Translations under genes and position numbers: made by a program
Origin: Cyanobacteria bacterium auto_48_18
GTDB lineage: Bacteria > Cyanobacteriota > Vampirovibrionia > Obscuribacterales > Obscuribacteraceae
Length of the DNA: 64,000 nucleotides
Direction: 5' to 3'
Assembly (NCBI GenBank): GCA_036170915.1
Contig: JAVHQC010000020.1
Location: 32,001-96,000 of the forward strand
The notes under the pieces: model-generated
What the model saw: only the letters and a program-made list of their open reading frames with translations
Database searches by the model: none
Told to the model about the DNA's origin: nothing
Part shown: positions 18,260-27,281 of the stretch, piece after piece
Position numbering within the stretch: the stretch's first letter is position 1
Layout of the letters: every line of letters begins with the position of its first letter

Positions 18260-19389
18260 GAGTCTATTTTGAGCAGATTTTTGATGCCGTAAATAGCCAT
18301 GTTCGGATTTTCTTTCAAACGTCTGCGGCAGTAAGCTCCGGCAACTTTGCCTTCGCCGAAAGGCAGATACATGCGCACCAGTACACCCTCGGCGGCGAGC
18401 TTTTTGAAAACTGTTTCTGCCTTTTCCGCTGACTTCATTGCGGATTTATTGGTGGTGGCAATGGCCTCGAAAATTTCGCCTGAGATCAGGCTTTTCTGGA
18501 AGCGTTTACGGGGTACTCCGTGCAAATATTGAGTTTCGAATGCGCTTGTAGGCACTGCATCTGGTATCACAACATCGTTGAAGAAAGTTTCAATGCACTT
18601 GGTGTCGTGAGTAGCCACTTCCACATAAGTGCCGCGAGCGATAAGCTCACGGGCGTACTTGACCAGGCATTCTTTCATTGCCGGTTTGTTTGTGTGGGCA
18701 ATAGCAGCCGGCTCATTATAGATACCAATGACCAGGCGAGTGCGCATGCGATCGTCAAAGCGCTTAATGTCGGTTGCGGTGCGGAACAAGCGGCTTTGCA
18801 ACACTGTACCGACATTGCGGTAACCAGATTCTATTAGAGCGAAGTAGCTCTCTAACTGAAAATCGGTCCAGCGGTGATCTTCTGCTTCTAAAGTGACGGC
18901 CACATTTTTGGTGCTTGCATATTCAACCACTGATTCGATGCGGTTATAGGCACGATCTAAAACCGGCGAGCGGAACTCGCCAACGCTCGGGGTAACTGGA
19001 CAAAACATAGAAGGTTTGAACGAAACTCTTGGTTGCCTGCGCCATTCTTCTACCGGCAGAGGATCTTGAGCTATCAAATCAATCAAGTGTTTGTAGTGGG
19101 CTACAGATGCGTCACAGTCAGCGTCAATTGCGGCGTCTTCACCAAGAATATCGAGGGTGACGCTAAATTGATTTTCGTCATAAAGTTTTCGAGCTAGTGT
19201 GAGGGCCTCTTCGGCAGTCTCTCCGGCAAGATAAGGCTTGGCCAGAAACAACACCAGCCACACCGGAATCATGTCAAAAAGCGACCTGGTCACCGGCGGC
19301 TTGCCGCTCAAGCTATTGCTATTATTGCTGCCCTGTTCGCTTTGCGCCTGCATCGTATTTTTGACCGCAGCTTCCTGTGTTATCGGCAT
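18256..19389 (-). CDS. Monofunctional proline dehydrogenase family protein (divergent)
   Basis: YLAGE, LDILGE, VLQSRLFRT, ATHD and YLPFG...RRLKENP motifs. Start uncertain: ATG at 19389 chosen, ORF extends to 19440. Its stop overlaps the lipA stop (TTAA). Confidence 0.8.
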   Translation of the reverse strand: MPITQEAAVKNTMQAQSEQGSNNSNSLSGKPPVTRSLFDMIPVWLVLFLAKPYLAGETAEEALTLARKLYDENQFSVTLDILGEDAAIDADCDASVAHYKHLIDLIAQDPLPVEEWRRQPRVSFKPSMFCPVTPSVGEFRSPVLDRAYNRIESVVEYASTKNVAVTLEAEDHRWTDFQLESYFALIESGYRNVGTVLQSRLFRTATDIKRFDDRMRTRLVIGIYNEPAAIAHTNKPAMKECLVKYARELIARGTYVEVATHDTKCIETFFNDVVIPDAVPTSAFETQYLHGVPRKRFQKSLISGEIFEAIATTNKSAMKSAEKAETVFKKLAAEGVLVRMYLPFGEGKVAGAYCRRRLKENPNMAIYGIKNLLKIDS

Positions 19390-19513
19390 ATTTATCCTAT
19401 CCACATAGTTTTCAAGGCGAATTATAGATCCGCCGTCCACCTTCTTCCATCTATAGTGCCGGTGAGAATGGTAAATCAGAAAATGTTTATTTTAGCTGTT
19501 TAGCTTTTGCTTA

Positions 19514-21007
19514 TTATTCCTCGGCTTTTTCGCCTTCACCGAGACCTTTTAAGGTAAAGCGCAGCAAGTCAGACTTGTGTCCTTCTTCTTTTAATAGCTC
19601 GCTTACTGAGCCGGGCAGGCGACTGATGGCAATTACCGCCTGATTTTGTCCGCTGGCATCGGTGGTTTTGAAATAAACGGCGCGACAGCTCTGGGTGGTC
19701 AAATTGATCAGTTCAATTCGACCATCATCGGTATAGCGCACTGAATGCTCTGCTGCGGATGACTTCTCGTTTTTAAATTTTCCTGCCAGTGCTTTTGCCA
19801 GGCTGACAAATTGCACATCGTTCAACGTTGCACTGTTGTCCTGGTTAATAGCGCAGACCACCACATCAGCTTTGCCTGTGCGGCCTTTTGAGCCGGCTAC
19901 GATTTTGACGGCCGGATGTTTTTTATAGCTGGCCCAGATCCAGTTTTTGTCTTTAACATCGGTTTGTAGTGGCATACCCATGATTTTTTCAAATTGATAA
20001 AAGTCGTCTCCCAGACCGGGGAGATTGCTTTTGAGCACATACTGATTGCCTGAGCCGCTTGAATTACTTGGGATGCCTGAAGTAGTTGAAGTAGTTACAG
20101 TGCGCGAATTACTGCCAGGACCGTTGCTGCTAGTAGCACTATTATTGGCACCGAATCTGGTGCTGGGATTTTGCGACAGCGAATTTGCCACAGCAATAAG
20201 AGGCTTTTCTGCTACCGGTGGAGGTGTAGGTGGAGCAACAGGAGGGTTGTTAGCGTGATTGACATAGCGTGAGCTGGAATTGTAATTGCCAGATTTAGGC
20301 AGGCTGCCACGCTCAGTACGATCATTACGCTCAGTGCGCTCCGTAAGGGGGCGTGGGCGAGGGTGTTCGGCCTCAAACTTCTTTTTGCCCTGTTCCATTT
20401 TTGCTTTGGCCAGACGATTATTGCCCAGTTGACTATTGAGCTGAGTGCGCGCGTCTTCATCGGTCATGGCCACAGGCTGTATGCGGGCGACAATCAAATT
20501 TTGACTTTCTTCACTGGAGACATCGCCAATTTTGCAAATTACTTTGCACTCAATCATCGGCCATTCACCCGGATCGATTGGCAATTCAAAAGGCCTTTTG
20601 CCGTGAGCCTCAGTATTCACCTGTTGTTTACTGCCGATGGAATCAAGCCTGGTATGCCAGCGATAAACAGTCAATATTCCCTCTGAGAGCAGCCTGAAAT
20701 GCGCCTGCAACTGTATGGGCTCGCCAAGCAAACTGACGTCGCTGACATTCTCGATAGTCAACATAATAGATGGATGATAACCGAGGGCATCGTGTGTCCA
20801 ATAGGTTACGTAGGCAGGCACTGTAAGTTTTGGTGGAGTCTTGCGTTCTCGGCGCACAGGAGGCTCATCTTCTTCTTCGTCTATGGCGCGGCCGGGCGCC
20901 TGCGTCGGCTGCCTTGCTGATGCGGCATTGGCTGTTACTTCAGGCAGGCCACAGCAAGTGACACAACACGCCAGTAGAAGATTTAAAAGTAAAAACCTGC
21001 TTTTCAT
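19514..21007 (-). CDS. Hypothetical exported protein with two globular domains and a Pro/Ser-rich linker
   Basis: Long ORF. The signal-peptide-like MKSRFLLLNLLLACCVTCCG starts at ATG 21007. Confidence 0.75.
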   Translation of the reverse strand: MKSRFLLLNLLLACCVTCCGLPEVTANAASARQPTQAPGRAIDEEEDEPPVRRERKTPPKLTVPAYVTYWTHDALGYHPSIMLTIENVSDVSLLGEPIQLQAHFRLLSEGILTVYRWHTRLDSIGSKQQVNTEAHGKRPFELPIDPGEWPMIECKVICKIGDVSSEESQNLIVARIQPVAMTDEDARTQLNSQLGNNRLAKAKMEQGKKKFEAEHPRPRPLTERTERNDRTERGSLPKSGNYNSSSRYVNHANNPPVAPPTPPPVAEKPLIAVANSLSQNPSTRFGANNSATSSNGPGSNSRTVTTSTTSGIPSNSSGSGNQYVLKSNLPGLGDDFYQFEKIMGMPLQTDVKDKNWIWASYKKHPAVKIVAGSKGRTGKADVVVCAINQDNSATLNDVQFVSLAKALAGKFKNEKSSAAEHSVRYTDDGRIELINLTTQSCRAVYFKTTDASGQNQAVIAISRLPGSVSELLKEEGHKSDLLRFTLKGLGEGEKAEE

Positions 21008-21041
21008 CAAATCGATTTTAAACCATTTTCTAAAGTTCAGT

Positions 21042-21725
21042 TTAAAGCTCAAGGGCTCGCCACATGTACCAGCTTGCTGCGGTGCGAAATGGACGCCAGC
21101 ATTCAGCGTGTGCAGCTATTTCAGAAGGTTTGGGCAAATCATCTGACTGTGCCCGGGTCTTACCATAATAGGTGAGGGCAAAACCTTTGCGCACGCCATA
21201 GTCGGTGCTAGGCAGCACATCTTGCCTGCCAAGGCGAAACATCAAAAGCATTTGTACTGTCCATGGGCCTATACCCCTCACTGAAACCAGGCGAGCGAGT
21301 AAATCTTCGTCAGACAAGTTTTGCATTTCGTCTACTTTAGGCACTACACCTTCAAGACTTTTTAGGGGCAGGTCTTGCAGTGCCATTGCTTTCGCCCGAG
21401 ACAAACCGCAGGCCCTCAGGTCATCTTCGCTTGCCTTTAAGATCAATTTTTCGCCAGGAAATTTCTTTGTTTTGAAATTTGCCATTACTTTATTGCAAAT
21501 CGACTGAGCTGCTTTGCCGGTAATTTGTTGATAAACAATTGACTCGGCCAGGGCTTCATAACTCGATTGCATGCCATCAACGCGCAAAGTATAAGGGCCG
21601 ACTTGCTTAATAACTTTGGCCAGTTTTTTATCGGCTTTGCATAAATGCGTGCAAATTGCGTCAGCTTGCGCTTCTTCTGTGGCCTGGCCTGCAAGGCGCG
21701 AACTGCGTTTTGTGGTCTCAGGCAT
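21042..21725 (-). CDS. alkA: DNA-3-methyladenine glycosylase II (HhH-GPD family)
   Basis: IVYQQI, GLSRAKA, VRGIGPWT HhH motif, D.LP.TDYGVR and WRPFRTAASWYMW. The ATG overlaps the upstream stop (ATGCCTGA). Confidence 0.9.
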   Translation of the reverse strand: MPETTKRSSRLAGQATEEAQADAICTHLCKADKKLAKVIKQVGPYTLRVDGMQSSYEALAESIVYQQITGKAAQSICNKVMANFKTKKFPGEKLILKASEDDLRACGLSRAKAMALQDLPLKSLEGVVPKVDEMQNLSDEDLLARLVSVRGIGPWTVQMLLMFRLGRQDVLPSTDYGVRKGFALTYYGKTRAQSDDLPKPSEIAAHAECWRPFRTAASWYMWRALEL

Positions 21726-23088
21726 AAAGAGACGGCCAGCCCTTTTTATTGATGCATGAGGACAGTGCATATTTAGGGGAATAGTTGAAATGGTTGCCGG
21801 TTTTTTTTCGGTAGGCGCGCCCTGCCATACTGGTTAAAGCTGCAAAACCAAGATCTTTCGGCATGTTTTTTGCATCGGCAATGATGTCGTTGAAAAATAA
21901 TTGACCGTTTGCAACAGCACAGCAGCGCGCCGCTAAAAACCATTCTTTTGAAAATTGTTTTTCATTGCCGTTATAGGCATCGCGACCTATTTCTCGAGCA
22001 AACTTTTCGCCGTCAAGCTGCCAGAGCTTTTCGCTCAAAATTTCTTGAAAAGCAAAGATTTCTTCAGCTTGCAGTTCACTCAGTTGCTGCACCGCCGGTG
22101 CTATCACGGCATCATCATGGCCTTCTTCGTCCCAATTAAGCAAATCAATTAAGTCCCAGAAGTCATCCTGGCTCATGTATTTACTGGGGTCATCAAGGGT
22201 TGGCTGTGCCACAGCAGGCACTGGCATGGGCACTGCACTTGTGACTTTAGCTGTGCTGGGCGAATTTTTCCCCGGCTCAGGACCAGCCTTGATAGACAGG
22301 TCCACCAGATCGGCCAGGGTATATTCAGGCCTGGTGGGCGCAGCTCTTTTCCATTTGACTCTTAAGTGCGGCAGCTCGGCCCGAAGCTTAGCTATGCCGG
22401 CTTCAGTCACTTCAGTATTGAACAGATAAAGTCTGACCAGGTCTTTCAAACAACTCAACGCGGCTAAACCGCTGTCGGTAAATTTCGTGCCTGATAGACC
22501 AAGCAGTTTCAACTCAGTAAGTTGGGCCAAATGTTCCACAGCACTATCATCAACGCTGGTGCCGTTAAGCCATAACTCTTTTAAATGCGGCAGCGCAGAT
22601 AGATGTATCAAGCCATCGGTGGTGATGCTGGTGGCGGTAAGGCCAAGCGATTCTAAATTGTATAAACGAGCAATAAAGGCTAGTCCGGCGTCACCAACAG
22701 GGGTGTATGCCAGCTCAAGCACTCGCAAAGTTTCAAGGTGTGAAATATGGGTGAGGCTGAGATCGTTTATCTGTGTGCGGCTCATATCGAGCACATGCAA
22801 AGACTGCGATGGCAGGTTTTCTAGCGGTGAAAGCAAATTGGCGGCGCTGGCTGAAACTTTCAGCTGAATTTTGCACGATTCGGGGTTAGGAACAATTACA
22901 TCGCCGCGAGCTTCATCTAACCACTGCCAATTTATGGGCTGATTTTCAGGATTGACAATCAGTCCTAGGGGCCGCTCAAACAGATCCCAGGTCTCAGGTT
23001 GAGAAGTAGGAGCCGTGTAGAGCCCACCCATGGAGTAGCGCGGGGGGAATCGCAATAATCTTTCAGTCATGCCGTTCATAACCTTCAA
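21718..23088 (-). CDS. Leucine-rich repeat protein with a C-terminal DUF4240-like domain
   Basis: About six 24-aa repeats (L..L.L..T.I.D.GL..L..L). The C-terminus MSQDDFWDLIDLL...FLAARCCAVANG..FF resembles DUF4240. Confidence 0.75.
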   Translation of the reverse strand: MKVMNGMTERLLRFPPRYSMGGLYTAPTSQPETWDLFERPLGLIVNPENQPINWQWLDEARGDVIVPNPESCKIQLKVSASAANLLSPLENLPSQSLHVLDMSRTQINDLSLTHISHLETLRVLELAYTPVGDAGLAFIARLYNLESLGLTATSITTDGLIHLSALPHLKELWLNGTSVDDSAVEHLAQLTELKLLGLSGTKFTDSGLAALSCLKDLVRLYLFNTEVTEAGIAKLRAELPHLRVKWKRAAPTRPEYTLADLVDLSIKAGPEPGKNSPSTAKVTSAVPMPVPAVAQPTLDDPSKYMSQDDFWDLIDLLNWDEEGHDDAVIAPAVQQLSELQAEEIFAFQEILSEKLWQLDGEKFAREIGRDAYNGNEKQFSKEWFLAARCCAVANGQLFFNDIIADAKNMPKDLGFAALTSMAGRAYRKKTGNHFNYSPKYALSSCINKKGWPSLYA

Positions 23089-23165
23089 ACATTATCCGAT
23101 CAGGGCCAATCTGTCTTCCTTCAGATGTTATTCTTTTCCTCTGTATTGAATGGAGAGTCAAATAA

Positions 23166-23630
23166 ATGGAAGAGATCGACGCCCAGGGGCGCCAACTCCT
23201 AATTGATCGGCCGCTACTGAGTAAGGGCAGGCTGTCTGTTTATAGGGAGTCGACCTGTAGCGATGACTGGTTCCCTCGCTTGAATGTGAGCTTGAAGAAA
23301 TCGGGCACTGACCATGTGCTCTGGCAATGGACCACCCATTCACTGCCTGTAGATTTTGATGAGCCGCCACCCTATGGCGAAGATGACGTGCTTTTGGAGA
23401 AATATTTTGAACTCAATGAAGCGGTGAGAACGCCGCGTGGTTTGGAAGTGGTTTTTGAGCTGGCACCAGGTGCAACCGTGCGCGGTTATGTAGAGCAGTT
23501 CTCGGTTTCGCTGTATCTCTATCCTGATACATTTGAAGACCGAGGGGTTCAAATTGGAGTGCTCGACTTCAGGCAAGGTCTTACTGCCGGAAGCGTTCCC
23601 ATGTTTGCTCGCTTTAATTTCCCCTGGTAA
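23166..23630 (+). CDS. Hypothetical protein
   Basis: 154-aa ORF with a GGAGAG RBS. It fills the gap between divergent genes and ends before a terminator. Confidence 0.65.
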   Translation: MEEIDAQGRQLLIDRPLLSKGRLSVYRESTCSDDWFPRLNVSLKKSGTDHVLWQWTTHSLPVDFDEPPPYGEDDVLLEKYFELNEAVRTPRGLEVVFELAPGATVRGYVEQFSVSLYLYPDTFEDRGVQIGVLDFRQGLTAGSVPMFARFNFPW

Positions 23631-23723
23631 ATCGGCGTTAACCGCGCCTGTGGCCTTGTTTGTCTCTCGAGGCAGAGGTTTGCTCACCGCCAGGCAGCTA
23701 TTGGACATAACCAGGCACACTGC

Positions 23724-23766
23724 AAAAGAAAAAGCCCCGATATGAACCGGGGCTTTCTATTTTTTT
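23724..23766. terminator. Bidirectional intrinsic terminator
   Basis: AAAGCCCCG / CGGGGCTTT stem flanked by A and T tracts, between the convergent hypothetical CDS and tRNA-Lys. Confidence 0.8.
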
Positions 23767-23809
23767 GCTCTCGACAAATATTGAGATATTTTTTATCGGG
23801 ATTATAATT

Positions 23810-23882
23810 TGCGTCCGGTGCGACTCGAACGCACGACCAATCAGTTAAAAGCCGAGTGCTCTACCAGCTGAGCTACGGACGC
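23810..23882 (-). tRNA. tRNA-Lys (anticodon UUU), CCA not encoded
   Basis: The reverse complement GCGTCCGTAGCTCAGCTGGTAGAGCACTCGGCTTTTAACTGATTGGTCGTGCGTTCGAGTCGCACCGGACGCA folds as a cloverleaf with a TTC T-loop and a CTTTTAA anticodon loop. Confidence 0.95.
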
Positions 23883-23935
23883 ATAAGCGACAAAGACGGC
23901 TTATTTACAAAGCCACGTCTCAACCACAAGAGCCC

Positions 23936-23965
23936 ATCCTATCAGCGCTCTTATCACTCCGTCAA
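23936..23965 (-). promoter_or_regulatory. Putative sigma70-type promoter of tRNA-Lys
   Basis: TTGACG-N18-TAGGAT with TG just upstream of the -10 element, about 55 nt before the tRNA. Confidence 0.5.
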
Positions 23966-24007
23966 GAACAAGTGACAATATTCTTGCGTTTATAAATTGA
24001 ATGATGC

Positions 24008-25471
24008 TTATAAACCAGTTTTCATCGCGTCGGCCACGGCGGCTTCTATGGTATCAGCCACATATACCTGCCCTTCATTATTGAGGTGCGCGGTGTAAAA
24101 GAGCCTTTCTATCTGCTCGCTGCTGTAATTTATGGCCGGTGCTTGAGCGTCTATATATGGAATTTGATTTTGGCGGCATTGTTTTTCAACTAAAGCCAGT
24201 TCGCCCTCGTAGTTCATTCCCAGTGTGCTCGCATCCATGCCGGCAATTGGCAGCAGAGTGGCTCTGGAAGGTAAACCGACTACCATCAGCTTGCAATTGT
24301 GCTTGGCGCTGTCCTTTTTAAATTCTTGCAACAGCGCGTTCATAGTATTGGCAATAACATCATGGAAAAGCTTGTCACTATCGCTGAGTGGAATGTTCTC
24401 AGGTGGCGCTTTGACGGGAGCCTTTACACTCGCTGGAACAGAGCTGACAACTGGTGTGGCAGCTGCAGTTGCAGGTTTAGTTACAGGTGCTGTGGTGGCA
24501 GCCAGAACCTTGGCGAAATCCCACTGGGCAATTTGTGCTTGCCAGGCTTGATCCAGTTCCTTTTTCAAGCCGCCCTCAAGCTTCTTGAAATAGTCTGGCT
24601 GTGCTATTTCTGCCTTAAATTGTTTGATGGTGTTAACTGGTGCAGTAAAGAAATTGACCACGGTTTTATAGATCGGATTATGCGTACTGGCATCAGTTTC
24701 AAATGCGGCGATTAGCCCCCAGATGCGAGAATGCGATCGCAAAAATTCGATGCTGTTCAAGAACTTGCCACGGGGTGATTTCATCCAACCACTAACTGCG
24801 CTACCATCAATCACTATTTCTTGTTTGGGCAGCTTCAAGGCAATGGGGCGCACGTTGGCAATTGCCGAATCAGGAATGGCCCAATTTTCAAACATATCTC
24901 GGGCGTTGTATCCCACCAGTATCAAATCTGGTGCGTAGGCAAAAACCTGCCTTCGCATTAGCAGCAATTCTTGCACTGTGGAATAGCCGGAGACGCCAAA
25001 ATTTAAAACTTCCACAGGGCGACCCAGTTTACGGCTGAGTTTAGCTTGCAAAATTTTGCCGAAAGACTTGTCGAGGGTCACTTGCATTGCTTCAGTTTGT
25101 GAATCGCCTAAAAGCACAATGCGATAGACGCCGGGAGCTTTAGCAAGGGCTACCGGTTCGCGCAAGCCTGAGGCATACAGGTATGATCGCGCATAACCTT
25201 CTTTGCGCCAGGTGACCGTCTTATCAACCATGTGTACTGTGCCGATTTGTTTATCCAGTTTGAAGATTTCTTCTTCGCCCAGGCCCGCCATTGACAGTAT
25301 TACTTCCACCATCAGTAGTGCCACTATCTGCCAGACTAGATATGGTGCCAAATTTCTTGCTCTTCTCAATAGGCCCAACCAGTTATAGTCGTGCGCGGGC
25401 AATAGATCAGCGCGGCCTTTGGCCCCGCTTTTCACCTCCATTGTTGATTGTGATTCTAAACTGATGACCAT
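24008..25471 (-). CDS. Membrane-anchored SGNH/GDSL family protein (AlgJ/PatB-like O-acetyltransferase partner)
   Basis: N-terminal TM segment, LLGDSQ, NFGVSGYS and C-terminal AHLN. Directly downstream of the MBOAT gene. Confidence 0.8.
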   Translation of the reverse strand: MVISLESQSTMEVKSGAKGRADLLPAHDYNWLGLLRRARNLAPYLVWQIVALLMVEVILSMAGLGEEEIFKLDKQIGTVHMVDKTVTWRKEGYARSYLYASGLREPVALAKAPGVYRIVLLGDSQTEAMQVTLDKSFGKILQAKLSRKLGRPVEVLNFGVSGYSTVQELLLMRRQVFAYAPDLILVGYNARDMFENWAIPDSAIANVRPIALKLPKQEIVIDGSAVSGWMKSPRGKFLNSIEFLRSHSRIWGLIAAFETDASTHNPIYKTVVNFFTAPVNTIKQFKAEIAQPDYFKKLEGGLKKELDQAWQAQIAQWDFAKVLAATTAPVTKPATAAATPVVSSVPASVKAPVKAPPENIPLSDSDKLFHDVIANTMNALLQEFKKDSAKHNCKLMVVGLPSRATLLPIAGMDASTLGMNYEGELALVEKQCRQNQIPYIDAQAPAINYSSEQIERLFYTAHLNNEGQVYVADTIEAAVADAMKTGL

Positions 25472-25491
25472 GTTGTTCCTGAGTTAAGCGA

Positions 25492-26988
25492 TCAAAATTG
25501 GAAGTAGAGAAATGGCACTGCTTCAAGCGGCTTCGAAGCCACCATCAGAATCGCTGCCATAGTGTATGTAGCCAGGCGTACTTGCGGCAAAAAAGCCTGA
25601 TTTTTGTCTTTGAGCAAACCGTCAAGCAAAGTTCTGTGCTGGCGTAGATATTCGGTCAGCATCCAGAAGATCAAATAGCCACCGGCAATCACAAGCCAGC
25701 CTGATTTGAGCAATGGTTCCACAAGGGTGGCTTCGCCACCAAAGTTGAGCAGGCTTGCCCAGATGTTGAAAGCGTGCGGAATATCTGGTGCGCGGAATAG
25801 AGCAAAGGCCAGTGCCACAAATAGCTGTGTAAGAATGATGGCGGCCAAATTTCCTACCGCTCCCGTGGCTGCTTTTTTCATAAAAGGCACAGCCTCAAGA
25901 AAGCGGCACCACTGGTGGTGAATTATCATGGCTACGCCGTGCATAGCGCCCCAGAGCACAAAGTGCCAGCTGGCGCCGTGCCATAGCCCCGAGATCGCCA
26001 TGGTGATAAATAAATTGCGAGCTTGCAACCATTCGCCATTTCTCGACCCACCCAGTGAAATGTAGACGTAATCTTTTAACCAGGTGGAGAGTGAAATATG
26101 CCAGCGGCGCCAGAACACGGCGATATCTCCGCAAAGCAAAGGCAGATTGAAATTGACTGGCAGTCTGATGCCCAGCAGCAGTGCCGATCCGCGACCCATG
26201 TCGGTGTAACCAGAAAAATCGCAATAAATTTGAATGGTAAAGCCAATTACAGCAATCCAGGCATCAGGGCCAGAGACCATCTGGCTCATGCTATATGGTT
26301 TGAGAATTAAAGCGCCAATGGGATCAGCTATGGCTGCTTTTTTAAATAATCCCTGCATGAAAAGACTGGCACCTTCAGCCATCAGTGCTTTGTCTAAAGG
26401 CAAAGGCTTACGTAGTTGAGCAAGGAAGTCTTGATAACGTTTAATTGGTCCGGCAATTTGTGAGGGAAAGAAAACTGCGAAGGCGGCAAATTCGAACCAT
26501 GACTTGACGGCTTTGTCACCTTTGTAGACATCAGTGAGATAGTGCACGAATTCAAAAACAAAAAAGCTTATACCGAGAGGCAAGAAGACAGCCATTAAGG
26601 GCGGCTGGTAGCTTTGCAGTTGGGCGGTGAAAATAGGCACCACCGGCGCAACCGCATGAATCAGTAGACTGAGGTTTTCGAAAAAGAAGTTGGCGTATTT
26701 GTAATAGCAAAGTGCGCCCACATTGAGAAAGAGACCAGCCAGCAGTAGCAATCTGGCTGGCAAATTGCCCTGGCCATTCTTGCCATTCATGTGTTCCATC
26801 CACCGTGCCAGACCCCAGTTGATGGTGGAAAGCAGAGCAAGTAACACGCCGTATACAGGCATCCAGCTCATATAGAAGAAATAGCTGGCCGCCACAGTGA
26901 AAACCAGGCGCGACGTGCCTTTAAGTCGCCAGTAGATAAAGACCACTACAGGCAAGAAAATCAGATATTGAACACTGCTGAAAATCAT
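25492..26988 (-). CDS. MBOAT family O-acyltransferase (AlgI/PatA-like)
   Basis: LPLGISFF, AGPIKR, YCDFSGYTD, FWRRWHISLSTWLKDYVYI and GLWHGA motifs. Confidence 0.93.
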   Translation of the reverse strand: MIFSSVQYLIFLPVVVFIYWRLKGTSRLVFTVAASYFFYMSWMPVYGVLLALLSTINWGLARWMEHMNGKNGQGNLPARLLLLAGLFLNVGALCYYKYANFFFENLSLLIHAVAPVVPIFTAQLQSYQPPLMAVFLPLGISFFVFEFVHYLTDVYKGDKAVKSWFEFAAFAVFFPSQIAGPIKRYQDFLAQLRKPLPLDKALMAEGASLFMQGLFKKAAIADPIGALILKPYSMSQMVSGPDAWIAVIGFTIQIYCDFSGYTDMGRGSALLLGIRLPVNFNLPLLCGDIAVFWRRWHISLSTWLKDYVYISLGGSRNGEWLQARNLFITMAISGLWHGASWHFVLWGAMHGVAMIIHHQWCRFLEAVPFMKKAATGAVGNLAAIILTQLFVALAFALFRAPDIPHAFNIWASLLNFGGEATLVEPLLKSGWLVIAGGYLIFWMLTEYLRQHRTLLDGLLKDKNQAFLPQVRLATYTMAAILMVASKPLEAVPFLYFQF

Positions 26989-27110
26989 ATTGGGGTTGGC
27001 AGCTCACGTGTTTTGCCATGTCAGTATATAAGAGGATGCGCCAGGCTTATAGAAGAGAGCTCTAATGATTCTTTTTCAACTCAGCATTAACAAGCATTAA
27101 TTACGAGATA

Positions 27111-27140
27111 TTGACTATACAAAAGATACATTAGTACCAT
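27111..27140 (+). promoter_or_regulatory. Putative sigma70-type promoter of the pyrimidine catabolic operon
   Basis: TTGACT-N18-TACCAT, about 140 nt upstream of the GTG start. Confidence 0.45.
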
Positions 27141-27281
27141 TTGATATATTCGGCGTTTACAGATGGCATCCCAGATTTTATGCGAGCTTCCGGCCAGGAA
27201 AGGCGTTAGCTTGAACTCTTTGCTGCGCCGAAAAATCTGTTTGAACAACTAACGGTCGCTTAGGCGTCTGAGGAGGAATAA

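Noticed and set aside
23166..23882. tRNA-anchored genomic island
   Set aside because: No integrase, no duplicated tRNA 3' end that I could find, and no clear compositional shift.
27132..27147. RutR/PydR-like operator (TACCA-TT-TGATA) over the -10 element of the pyrimidine operon
   Set aside because: Only a partial match to TTGACCAnnTGGTCAA, and no such regulator gene is in the window.
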